Of a stretch of DNA of 19,570 bases, positions 8,565 to 17,049 are shown in pieces. The DNA is taken from assembly GCA_029881895.1 (NCBI GenBank), contig JAOULS010000021.1, positions 1 through 19,570 of the forward strand, written 5' to 3'. How positions within the stretch are numbered: position 1 is the stretch's first letter; each line of letters starts with the position of its first letter. A program made the translations under genes and the position numbers. Source of the DNA: Cyclobacteriaceae bacterium. Lineage in GTDB: Bacteria > Bacteroidota > Bacteroidia > Cytophagales > Cyclobacteriaceae. A model generated the notes under the pieces. The model was not told the origin of the DNA. It searched no databases and saw nothing but the letters and a program-made list of their open reading frames with translations.

Positions 8565-9539
8565 CTACGATATTTTATATTTTACATCAATCATCACTTC
8601 TTTATTATCTTCGTTCGTAAGAGCATAATTAAACCCTTTAAATACGCTATACCCTCCATATTTACCATCTTTACGAAGCGCTAAAAAACCAACTTGAACA
8701 CCTTCCATATTTTCGTGTTTAGAAATAATTCTCTCGACTGCCAATTTACAAGCCTCCTCAGGATTATGTCCTTGACGCATTAGTTCCACCACCAAATGAC
8801 TTCCTGCGACACGAATTACAGCTTCTCCCAAACCAGTAGCACATGCTGCTCCTATTTCATTATCGACAAACAAACCTGCGCCAATAATTGGCGAGTCTCC
8901 TACCCTGCCATGTAATTTATATGCCGCACCACTAGTAGTACATGATCCTGATAAATCTCCATTACTATCCAGTGCGAGCATACCTATCGTGTCATGATTC
9001 TCGACATTGATGACGGGTTTATATTTAGATGCCTTTAACCATTCTCTCCACTCCTTTTCCGATGCTGGGGTCAGCAAATTCTCTTCTTTAAACCCCTTCT
9101 CCAATGCAAATTGCTTTGCACCTTGCCCTGTAAGCATCACATGAGGTGTTTCTTCCATCACTTTTCGGGCTACTGCAACAGGGTTTTTTATGTCTTGCAA
9201 AAAAGCTACCGCACCACACCTGCTTTTTTCATCCATGATACAGGCATCTAGTGTAACACGCCCTTCCCTATCGGGTCGACCTCCAATCCCTACAGACATC
9301 CCCGTAGGATCATTTTCCACCTCCATAACACCCTTTTCTACTGCATCAAGTGCTTTTCCTCCAACTGACAGTGTCTCCCACGCTTTTTTGTTCGCCATAA
9401 TACCATGATTCCATGTCGAAATTACGATAGGTTTCTTTGATAATTCTATTGTTTTTTTCTGTCCAAAAAGAGAAAATGAATGAGCAGAAAATAAGCTCCC
9501 TAAAGCAGAAAATTTGATGAAATTCCTTCGAGTGGTCAT
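8565..9539 (-). CDS. Ntn-hydrolase of the glycosylasparaginase / isoaspartyl peptidase / L-asparaginase family, with a twin-arginine signal peptide.
   Basis: The autoproteolytic site context HDTIGMLALD supplies the Thr nucleophile, and GAACATGLGE is present downstream. The N-terminus (MTTRRNFIKFSALGSLFSAHS) fits the S/T-R-R-x-F-L-K Tat motif. I prefer the start at 9539; the 15 codons up to 9584 look non-coding. Confidence 0.8.
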   Translation of the reverse strand: MTTRRNFIKFSALGSLFSAHSFSLFGQKKTIELSKKPIVISTWNHGIMANKKAWETLSVGGKALDAVEKGVMEVENDPTGMSVGIGGRPDREGRVTLDACIMDEKSRCGAVAFLQDIKNPVAVARKVMEETPHVMLTGQGAKQFALEKGFKEENLLTPASEKEWREWLKASKYKPVINVENHDTIGMLALDSNGDLSGSCTTSGAAYKLHGRVGDSPIIGAGLFVDNEIGAACATGLGEAVIRVAGSHLVVELMRQGHNPEEACKLAVERIISKHENMEGVQVGFLALRKDGKYGGYSVFKGFNYALTNEDNKEVMIDVKYKIS

Positions 9540-9818
9540 GTGTCTATGTTGATAATGAGTGATAAAAGTTGAAAAAATAATCATTATTGATGAGAAGTAA
9601 TAATGATATCGTTCTTTAGTTAATGTTCATTTACAACCCTACTCTACCAATACTAATTATTAGATTAATATATAGATGCATTTGTTAAAAAAAATAGACA
9701 TATAGGGAAAATAATTCCATTTTAATTAATTTGCCGTTATAACATCTAGTCAAATGGACTTACCTATCGTATCCACTCTATTTCTATTACTAAACACTAA
9801 TATTTAAACCAAGAACAA

Positions 9819-10631
9819 ATGAAATCAACCCCTGATGACTTATATGGACAGTACCAGTTTCGAGGAATGAAGAAGAAGCTATTCAAATTGGCTCAAAAGC
9901 TTCCAAAGAGTTCTTTAGGTTTTAAGACATCACTAATATTACGAAAGTTAGCGTTACAAAATAGGGTAAAAATTGTAGACGAAACTCAATTTGGACTTAA
10001 ATTAAGACTTTACCCATTAGATAACCTTGGCGATCGGTTTTTATTATTTTTGCCTAAATTTTTTGAGTATGAAGAATTTTTATTGATGTCTACCTACTTA
10101 AAACCCGACAGTACTTTTATTGATATTGGAGGGAATATGGGTATTTACAGCCTTATGGCTGCTAAATACATTTCAGAAAAAGGACGAATTTTATCTTTTG
10201 AGCCTAACCCAACGATGATTAGGCGATTTGAATACAATATTGAACTCAATAACTTTAGTCGATTAATTGAATTACATAAAATTGGAATTGCAGACAAAAA
10301 CAGCACTTTTAATTTAGGACTTACCAATAAAAACTTAGGTGGCTCAAGTATTGTTCAGGACTATGGCGAAGGTAATATATCAATAAAATGTAGGCCTTTA
10401 CTTGATGTTTTGAAAGAACAAAACATCACTAAAATTGATTTGTTGAAAATTGATATAGAGAAAGCAGAACCTTTAGCCTTAAATCCTTTTTTTGAAAATT
10501 CACCAAGAGAATTGTATCCAAAAATGATTATTATAGAGTCAGACGAAGGAATTGACTTGAAAAAATTAGGATACAAATTTATAGCTAAACATAGAACCCA
10601 CAATTCTATTTATACATTAGAGGAAGCATAA
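9819..10631 (+). CDS. FkbM family methyltransferase.
   Basis: FIDIGGNMGIYSLMAA...ILSFEPNP is the FkbM-domain SAM-binding signature. An in-frame alternative start lies at 9867 (MKKKLFKL). Confidence 0.7.
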   Translation: MKSTPDDLYGQYQFRGMKKKLFKLAQKLPKSSLGFKTSLILRKLALQNRVKIVDETQFGLKLRLYPLDNLGDRFLLFLPKFFEYEEFLLMSTYLKPDSTFIDIGGNMGIYSLMAAKYISEKGRILSFEPNPTMIRRFEYNIELNNFSRLIELHKIGIADKNSTFNLGLTNKNLGGSSIVQDYGEGNISIKCRPLLDVLKEQNITKIDLLKIDIEKAEPLALNPFFENSPRELYPKMIIIESDEGIDLKKLGYKFIAKHRTHNSIYTLEEA

Positions 10632-10672
10632 CCTTACTCTTTATACTTTAGTAATTAATCATATACTACCTC

Positions 10673-10709
10673 AAGTTAAAAGTAGGTTTATCAAATCTAC
10701 TTTTAACTT
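10673..10709. terminator. Perfect 13-bp inverted repeat (AAGTTAAAAGTAG, 11-nt loop, CTACTTTTAACTT) between the convergent FkbM and flotillin genes.
   Basis: Read directly from the sequence. It lies 42 nt after the FkbM stop and 20 nt after the flotillin stop on the other strand. It is a bidirectional hairpin with T/A runs on both flanks. Confidence 0.5.
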
Positions 10710-10728
10710 CAAGTCGCTACGAAAAAAC

Positions 10729-12198
10729 TTAGTCTTTTGGATTTACATTACCCTTTTCCTCTTTTCCCTCATTTTGTTTTTTGGGAGATTGAATAGTTTT
10801 TTTCGCTTCTGTTTTTTTCTTCACCTCATCAGCCAACTGCTTAATATCTTCTTGTGACTTTCCTTTTAAATACTCTGGCAAATCCATTCCCGCCATATTA
10901 AACATTTCTTGTAATGGAGGTACCGATTTATACAACCCCGAAATAAAATTAGCTGTCGATGTTTTGTCACCATCACCATTTCCATTACCGCCATCCCAAA
11001 CAGTGATTTTGTCAATCTTAATATTTTTAATTGCCTCTGTTTGTAGTTTCACAAGCTCAGGTAATTTGTCCGCAATTAGTAATAGTACTGCATCTTTAGA
11101 ATCATTCCCCGCTGCGTTAACTATTTGTCTCAATCCTTCAGCTTGTTTGGTTAATATCTCAAGCATACCTTGTGCTTCAGCTTGCTTCTTAAATAAAATT
11201 GCATCGGCTTCACCTTTTGCTTTTCTACGAATCATTTCCGCTTCAGCTTCAGCCGCTATTTCCACACGTTGTTTATCAATTTGAGCAGGCACTACAATGT
11301 CCGCTGTTTGTGCCGCCTTGTCCCTTGTAGCACGTGCATTCTCAGCAATTTGTTCAGCAGCATATGCTTCTTCCAATGCTTTTGCTGATTGTACTTTTTC
11401 TGCCGCAGTAGATATCTTTAAAGCCTCAGCCTCCTTCTCATTTCTAGAAGCATCCGATTGAGCCACTTTTATTTTTGCTGTATTCTCTCCTTCTACTGCA
11501 CGCGCATTCGCATCTGCTACTTGCACACGCTGATCTTGGTGCGCATTGGCTTCACCAATAGCACCATCTCTGTCTTTCTCTGCTACAGATTTCTTCGCAT
11601 CGTTTATTGCCTTCGCAGCGGCTTCTTTACCCAATGCCTCAATATAGCCCGACTCATCTTTAATATCTGTAACGTTTACATTTATTAGTTTCAACCCAAT
11701 TTTTTTTAATTCTGCCTCAACATTCGAAGCCACATTAGCCAAAAACTTATCACGGTTACTATTAATTTCTTCAATATCCATTGTAGCCACTACCAAACGT
11801 AACTGACCAAAAATAATATCCTTAGCCAAATCATGGATATGTTGCTGCGTTAACCCTAATAGGCGTTCGGCTGCATTATTCATAATTCCCGGTTCTGTAG
11901 AAATACCTACCGTAAAGCGGGAAGGAACGTCTACCCGTATATTCTGACGACTAAGTGCATTTGAAAGCATCACCTCTATTGAGGTTGGGGTAAGATCAAG
12001 AAATTGATAATCTTGAAATACAGGCCATATAAAGGCTGCACCTCCATGAATACAGCGGGCAGAACCTCCGCCTACTTTTCCATACACAACTAGTATTCTA
12101 TCGGATGGACAACGTTTATAACGTCTGAAAAACGTAACCAGAACTACAAAAACAAACAATGCAGCAAGGGCAAATACAGGCAAGGCGAATACACTCAT
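10729..12198 (-). CDS. Flotillin / SPFH (band 7) domain protein, FloT/YuaG/YqiK-like.
   Basis: An N-terminal transmembrane helix precedes an SPFH domain (RYKRCPSDRILVVYGK...). A long Ala/Glu/Lys coiled-coil (AEAEAEMIRRKAKGEADAI) follows, then a Gly/Asp tail. Length is 489 aa. Confidence 0.85.
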   Translation of the reverse strand: MSVFALPVFALAALFVFVVLVTFFRRYKRCPSDRILVVYGKVGGGSARCIHGGAAFIWPVFQDYQFLDLTPTSIEVMLSNALSRQNIRVDVPSRFTVGISTEPGIMNNAAERLLGLTQQHIHDLAKDIIFGQLRLVVATMDIEEINSNRDKFLANVASNVEAELKKIGLKLINVNVTDIKDESGYIEALGKEAAAKAINDAKKSVAEKDRDGAIGEANAHQDQRVQVADANARAVEGENTAKIKVAQSDASRNEKEAEALKISTAAEKVQSAKALEEAYAAEQIAENARATRDKAAQTADIVVPAQIDKQRVEIAAEAEAEMIRRKAKGEADAILFKKQAEAQGMLEILTKQAEGLRQIVNAAGNDSKDAVLLLIADKLPELVKLQTEAIKNIKIDKITVWDGGNGNGDGDKTSTANFISGLYKSVPPLQEMFNMAGMDLPEYLKGKSQEDIKQLADEVKKKTEAKKTIQSPKKQNEGKEEKGNVNPKD

Positions 12199-12785
12199 TA
12201 TGATTTACTTTTTTTAACGATTAAAATATTATTATTTGCAATATCAGCAACACTAATTACCATTCCGGGAGTTAAATTTTCTTCTTCATCGGTTAGTGCT
12301 TCTAATGTGCGAAGGGTTCCCTGAACTTGTACTTGGACTTTACCAATATTTCCTCTTTTTCCTTTTATTTCCATATACACCTCCCCAATACCACCAATGG
12401 CATTTTTCATTATTAATGTCCCGCTTTCATTTGCCTTTCCTAGAAAATAGAAAACGCCCCCCATCACAAACATCATAGCAACCCCTGATACAAAGGAAAT
12501 CAAAATAGACATCCCATTACTTAAACCAGAATCTAAACAGGCAATACCTGTCCAAGAGAAAATGGTAAAAAAAGCGACTAAATTTTTTATTGTAAGAAAC
12601 TGAAAACCTATGCCATCATCTGTTTCAACATCCATGTCCGCTCCTCCATCATGATCAATGTCTCCACCAAAAAAAGTGAGCACAAGCTGCAAGACAAAAA
12701 AGAACGTAAAAGGAATAGACATCCCCCAATATATGGGCTCTAGTAGGTCTAACGCCTCCCACCATCCTGAAAAATCTGTAAACAT
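12198..12785 (-). CDS. NfeD-like membrane protein (YuaF/YqiJ-type), partner of flotillin.
   Basis: An N-terminal membrane region is followed by a C-terminal OB-fold-like segment (GEVYMEIKGKRGNIGKVQVQVQGTLRTLEAL...ISVADIANNNILIVKK). Its stop overlaps the flotillin start in TAATG. Confidence 0.7.
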   Translation of the reverse strand: MFTDFSGWWEALDLLEPIYWGMSIPFTFFFVLQLVLTFFGGDIDHDGGADMDVETDDGIGFQFLTIKNLVAFFTIFSWTGIACLDSGLSNGMSILISFVSGVAMMFVMGGVFYFLGKANESGTLIMKNAIGGIGEVYMEIKGKRGNIGKVQVQVQGTLRTLEALTDEEENLTPGMVISVADIANNNILIVKKSKS

Positions 12786-12896
12786 ATCTACTTTTTTATT
12801 TGTATGTAAATTAATAGATTATTTTGAAACTAAAAATGAAATAAAGAAAAAAACTAAATAAATCACCACTACTATAGTAAAAAGCACTCCTCAGTT

Positions 12897-13343
12897 TTAG
12901 GTTCTTATCTTCTTAAAAAAATCTTTTACCAATTGGGAGGCTTTCTCTTCCAAAATTCCTGTTTTTATTTTCGTTTTTGGATGGAGCAAATTTTGATTGT
13001 GTAGACTATACCCTCTTTTTTCATCTTTTGTGCCAAATACGACATTCCCTATTTGTGTCCAAAATAGTGCTCCGGCACACATTACACAAGGCTCCAAGGT
13101 GACATACAGAGTGCATTCATTCAAATATTTAGTTCCTAAATGATTTTCGGCAGCTGTAATGGCTAACATTTCGGCATGGGCAGTTGCATCAGTGAGACGT
13201 TCGGTTTGATTATGAGCCCTAGCAATTATGGTATTATCCACTACTACTACAGCGCCAACAGGAACTTCTCCTTCATCATAAGCTAATTGAGCTTGGTGCA
13301 AAGCCTCTTTCATAAAATGCTCATCGCTGTGTATCGACAACAT
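12897..13343 (-). CDS. tadA: tRNA adenosine(34) deaminase.
   Basis: CDA-fold zinc motifs HAEMLAI and PCVMCAGAL are present. The N-terminal FMKEALHQAQLAYDEGEVPVGAVVV is the canonical TadA start. Length is 148 aa. Confidence 0.9.
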   Translation of the reverse strand: MLSIHSDEHFMKEALHQAQLAYDEGEVPVGAVVVVDNTIIARAHNQTERLTDATAHAEMLAITAAENHLGTKYLNECTLYVTLEPCVMCAGALFWTQIGNVVFGTKDEKRGYSLHNQNLLHPKTKIKTGILEEKASQLVKDFFKKIRT

Positions 13344-13885
13344 TATTTCATTTTTATATTATTCATCATCTCTGCTGCTACAGGCTGCCATTTTTGTTTT
13401 AACTGCAATGGAGCATTAAAAGAAAAAACATACGCATTATTTCCTTGAATGGTGTATTGAATATAGGTGTACTTTCTCAAATTTTTTTTACTTATGCCAT
13501 CACCTTTTAAAAGCGATTCAAACTCAAATATGGCAAATTGTTTTCCATTGATGATCTTCATTTCTTCTTTAATCAAGTTTACTTCATCATATAAATGGAA
13601 TACTGTTGCTTTAAAAAAATCTTTTGCAATATGTATATCATCTTTTTTCCATTTTGAAACTGAAACATTTATGGAAAAGTCCATTAACCTTGCTTCATCA
13701 GTATAGGCGGCTAAAGGAGTGTGTGATGAGGGTATTCTTCTGATAATATCACCTTGAGTCATTATCACAAAACTCTGAGGTACTATACCACTAATATTAT
13801 CATTGAATTTTGTTTTCACTAATTTACCTACCGATTGAAAGCTAAGTAAAGGAAACAAAACAAATGCTACAACTATTTTTTTCAT
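13343..13885 (-). CDS. Hypothetical secreted protein, co-transcribed with tadA.
   Basis: An N-terminal signal peptide (MKKIVVAFVLFPLLSFQS) is present. The stop overlaps the tadA start in TAATG. I recognise no family. Confidence 0.55.
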   Translation of the reverse strand: MKKIVVAFVLFPLLSFQSVGKLVKTKFNDNISGIVPQSFVIMTQGDIIRRIPSSHTPLAAYTDEARLMDFSINVSVSKWKKDDIHIAKDFFKATVFHLYDEVNLIKEEMKIINGKQFAIFEFESLLKGDGISKKNLRKYTYIQYTIQGNNAYVFSFNAPLQLKQKWQPVAAEMMNNIKMK

Positions 13886-14077
13886 GCTTTTGTAAATTAT
13901 AGTGCAAGATAAAAAGTATGACAGATTATTGAGCTAAATACAAGAGGAATAATAGATTTAGTCTAAAAAAACTCAAAATCGAAGTGAATCTACCTGAAAT
14001 ACATAAATTCAAGTCATCACAAAACATAAAACGTGAAAACAAAGCAAAAATTATCTACCTACTATCCACTAAAAGTA

Positions 14078-14085
14078 ATAAATTT
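14078..14085 (+). promoter_or_regulatory. Candidate -7 box (TAaaTTTG) 25 nt upstream of the proposed aspS start.
   Basis: Exact match to the Bacteroidetes TAnnTTTG consensus. Its position supports the ATG at 14110 rather than the upstream ATG at 13984. Confidence 0.3.
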
Positions 14086-14109
14086 GCGCTTCTAAAAAAT
14101 ATAGTAGAC

Positions 14110-15855
14110 ATGCACAGAACACATACTTGCGGAGAATTAAGGATTGTTGATGTAGATAAAGAGGTTACACTTAGTGGTTGGGTACAGAAAGTACGAAATA
14201 AAGGGGGAATGGTTTGGGTCGACTTAAGGGATCGTTATGGCATTACTCAATTGATTGTTGAAGAAGGAAGTACAGCTACTGAAATAATTGATGCTGCCAA
14301 AAATTTAGGACGTGAGTTCGTAATAAAAGCGACAGGTATAGTTGCTGAACGCTATGCCAAAAATGACAAAATACCTACTGGTGATATAGAGATAAAACCC
14401 AGTAGGATAGAAATACTAAATTCTTCTAAAACGCCTCCTTTTACCATCGAAGATGAAACCGATGGTGGAGAAGATATACGAATGAAATACCGTTATCTTG
14501 ATTTAAGAAGAAATGTGATTCGTGAAAAGCTTCAACTACGTCATTCTATGATGCAACATGTAAGAAGCTTCCTTTCTAATGAAGATTTCATAGAAGTAGA
14601 GACTCCCGTTTTAATAAAATCTACGCCAGAAGGTGCGCGCGACTTTGTTGTTCCATCACGAATGAACGCTGGAGAGTTTTATGCACTACCTCAATCGCCA
14701 CAAACTTTTAAGCAATTGTTAATGGTTTCAGGGTTTGATCGTTATTTTCAAATAGTGAAGTGCTTTAGGGATGAAGATTTGCGTGCTGACAGGCAGCCTG
14801 AATTTACTCAAATTGATTGTGAAATGTCGTTTGTAGAAACCGAAGATATATACAACAATTTTGAAGGGTTAGTGAAATACTTATTTAAAAATGTGAAAGG
14901 TATAACGCTAAACGAAGTACCTCGAATGACATATGCTAATGCCATGAAATATTATGGCTCGGATAAACCTGACACTCGATTTGACATGAAATTCACCGAA
15001 CTAAATAGTGTTGCTCAGAATAAAGGGTTTAATGTATTCGACAGTGCTGAATTAGTTGTTGGAATTAATGCAAAAGGCTGTGCAGAATATACCCGAAAGC
15101 AACTAGATGGATTAACCGATTTTGTAAGACGACCTCAAGTAGGTGCAAAAGGATTAGTATATGTAAAATGCAATAGTGATGGGACATTCAAATCGTCAGT
15201 AGATAAATTTTATTCTCAGGAAGACCTAAAAGAATGGGCGGATAAAATGGAAGCTGTAGCGGGTGATTTGTTATTAGTACTTTCAGGTGATACTGCTCAC
15301 ACACAAAATGCGCTTAATGAACTTCGTCTTCATATGGGGGCAGCACTAGGGTTAAGAGATAAAAATAATTTTGCCCCACTTTGGGTAACCGATTTCCCTT
15401 TATTGGAATGGGACGAAGACACGCAACGATTCCATGCGATGCACCACCCTTTTACTTCTCCAAAAGCAGAAGACATGCATAAATTGGACTCAAAGCCTGG
15501 TGAAGTAAGAGCCAACGCATATGATTTAGTGATTAATGGTGTTGAAATTGGAGGAGGCTCTATTAGAATTCATGACAGAGAAATGCAGAAACTCATGTTC
15601 AAACACTTAGGGTTTACTGAAAAAGAAGCGCAAGATCAATTTGGTTTCTTAATGGATGCTTTTGAGTATGGCGCTCCTCCACATGGAGGGATAGCATTTG
15701 GATTTGATCGTTTATGTGCACTATTTGGCGGATCGGACTCCATACGAGACTACATCGCATTTCCAAAAAACAATTCGGGTAGAGATGTTATGATTGATTC
15801 TCCCTCACCAATAAGTGCCGAACAATTAAAAGAATTAGCAATTAACATTAATTAG
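14110..15855 (+). CDS. aspS: Aspartate--tRNA ligase.
   Basis: [11 protein letters not shown] leads into the N-terminal OB anticodon-binding domain. Class II motifs [12 protein letters not shown] and GGGSIRIHD...GFDRL are present. Starting at 14110 gives about 582 aa. The 42 codons upstream in the ORF track ([13 protein letters not shown]...) are low-complexity and probably 5' leader. Confidence 0.9.
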   Translation: MHRTHTCGELRIVDVDKEVTLSGWVQKVRNKGGMVWVDLRDRYGITQLIVEEGSTATEIIDAAKNLGREFVIKATGIVAERYAKNDKIPTGDIEIKPSRIEILNSSKTPPFTIEDETDGGEDIRMKYRYLDLRRNVIREKLQLRHSMMQHVRSFLSNEDFIEVETPVLIKSTPEGARDFVVPSRMNAGEFYALPQSPQTFKQLLMVSGFDRYFQIVKCFRDEDLRADRQPEFTQIDCEMSFVETEDIYNNFEGLVKYLFKNVKGITLNEVPRMTYANAMKYYGSDKPDTRFDMKFTELNSVAQNKGFNVFDSAELVVGINAKGCAEYTRKQLDGLTDFVRRPQVGAKGLVYVKCNSDGTFKSSVDKFYSQEDLKEWADKMEAVAGDLLLVLSGDTAHTQNALNELRLHMGAALGLRDKNNFAPLWVTDFPLLEWDEDTQRFHAMHHPFTSPKAEDMHKLDSKPGEVRANAYDLVINGVEIGGGSIRIHDREMQKLMFKHLGFTEKEAQDQFGFLMDAFEYGAPPHGGIAFGFDRLCALFGGSDSIRDYIAFPKNNSGRDVMIDSPSPISAEQLKELAININ

Positions 15856-15913
15856 TATTACTAAAGCATAGATAGCATCTAATTAAAGAGGTTTATAAAA
15901 ACATAACGTAAAC

Positions 15914-15957
15914 AAACGGTTATTCATTCGACATATGAATAACCGTTTTTTATTTTC
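15914..15957 (+). terminator. Rho-independent terminator for aspS: 14-bp perfect stem (AAACGGTTATTCAT, loop TCGACAT, ATGAATAACCGTTT) followed by TTTTTATTTT.
   Basis: The perfect inverted repeat and downstream T-tract are read directly from the sequence, 59 nt after the aspS stop. Confidence 0.8.
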
Positions 15958-16044
15958 AAAAACATCCCGATAGCTGATAATTGACGTAAGGATGCTTATA
16001 TTGCATTATATTTTCTTTGCCATCGTTACAACTCAATAATAATC

Positions 16045-16983
16045 ATGAAAAACTTAGGGTATATTTTATTGCTAATTTTTGTATCAGGGTGTGTTATGCA
16101 AAAACAATATGACGAATTGTTAGCTGAAAAATTAAAACTTGAAAGTAAACTTCAGGAATGTGATGACAATCTATTATCTGCAAATTCAAAACGAGATAGT
16201 CTATTAATACTCACAACTCAATTAAGTAAAGATACTACGAGACTAGGTGAAAATATTAGAACTACCTCAAAAAAGCTTACGGTTTTAAAAGCTGAGCATG
16301 ATCAATTAAATACCTACTACAACAATCTTCTCAACAATAGCGGTAAGTTAAATAAAGACTTAGCCGAACAACAACGTAATTTATTAGCCATAAAAGAGAA
16401 TTTGGAAAAAACACGTCAACTCAATGAGCAACTCAACTCAAATCTTGAGCTGAGAGAAAGAAAGGTACAAGAGCTAGAAGACATTATCGCAAAAGATGCA
16501 AGTGCGGTTAGAGCGTTAAAAGATAAAATCACGAATGCATTGCTGAATTTTAAAGGGAGCGACTTAACCATCGAAATGAAAAATGGAAAAGTATATGTTT
16601 CATTAGCTGAAAAATTACTATTCAAATCAGGAAGTACCATCGTTGATGAGAAAGGTGTAAAAGCATTACAACAGCTTGCCCATGCTGTGAAAAGTCAGAA
16701 AGAAATAGAAATTATGGTGGAAGGGCATACTGATAATGTACCTATTTCTAGCAAGCAAAAGTATCTTCAAGACAACTGGGATTTAAGCGTATTAAGAGCC
16801 ACTTCGATTGTAAGGATTTTAACAAAATCAGGCGTAAGCGAAAATCAAATTGTTGCGGCAGGAAAAGGCGAATATTCACCTATTACAAGTAACAAAACCA
16901 CCATAGACAAACAAAAAAATAGACGCACAGAAATAATAATAGCACCAAATTTGAGTCAATTATTTACATTATTGAATAAATAA
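16045..16983 (+). CDS. OmpA/MotB-domain lipoprotein with a long N-terminal coiled-coil.
   Basis: The N-terminus has a lipoprotein signal (LLLIFVSGC). About 180 aa are heptad-rich (LKLESKLQE...LNEQLNSNLELRERKVQELED). The C-terminal OmpA-like domain contains EIMVEGHTDNVP...NRRTEIII. Confidence 0.8.
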   Translation: MKNLGYILLLIFVSGCVMQKQYDELLAEKLKLESKLQECDDNLLSANSKRDSLLILTTQLSKDTTRLGENIRTTSKKLTVLKAEHDQLNTYYNNLLNNSGKLNKDLAEQQRNLLAIKENLEKTRQLNEQLNSNLELRERKVQELEDIIAKDASAVRALKDKITNALLNFKGSDLTIEMKNGKVYVSLAEKLLFKSGSTIVDEKGVKALQQLAHAVKSQKEIEIMVEGHTDNVPISSKQKYLQDNWDLSVLRATSIVRILTKSGVSENQIVAAGKGEYSPITSNKTTIDKQKNRRTEIIIAPNLSQLFTLLNK

Positions 16984-17049
16984 AAAACAACTGATAAACC
17001 ATGTGAATTTGACATTAATTTAATTATTTATGAAATGAATTAATTATAC

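Noticed and set aside
8197-8684. Plus-strand ORFs (143, 72 and 66 aa) overlapping the cutC and asparaginase junction.
   Set aside because: They are antisense to two strongly supported genes and have no signal of independent coding.
9540-9584. N-terminal extension of the asparaginase ORF.
   Set aside because: The Tat signal begins at the Met at 9539 (MTTRRNFIKF). The upstream 15 codons (MIIFSTFITHYQHRH) are not a plausible pre-signal sequence.
10964-11688. Plus-strand ORFs (106 and 76 aa) inside the flotillin gene.
   Set aside because: They are antisense shadows of the Ala/Glu-rich coiled-coil region, whose codons GCn/GAn read as Ser/Ala/Cys-rich on the opposite strand.
12658-12861. A 67-aa plus-strand ORF spanning the nfeD start region.
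   Set aside because: It overlaps nfeD on the opposite strand and runs into an AT-rich intergenic region. It is Lys-rich low-complexity sequence.
13984-14109. N-terminal extension of the aspS ORF.
   Set aside because: The extension is low-complexity and not AspRS-like. The conserved domain and a promoter box favour the ATG at 14110.
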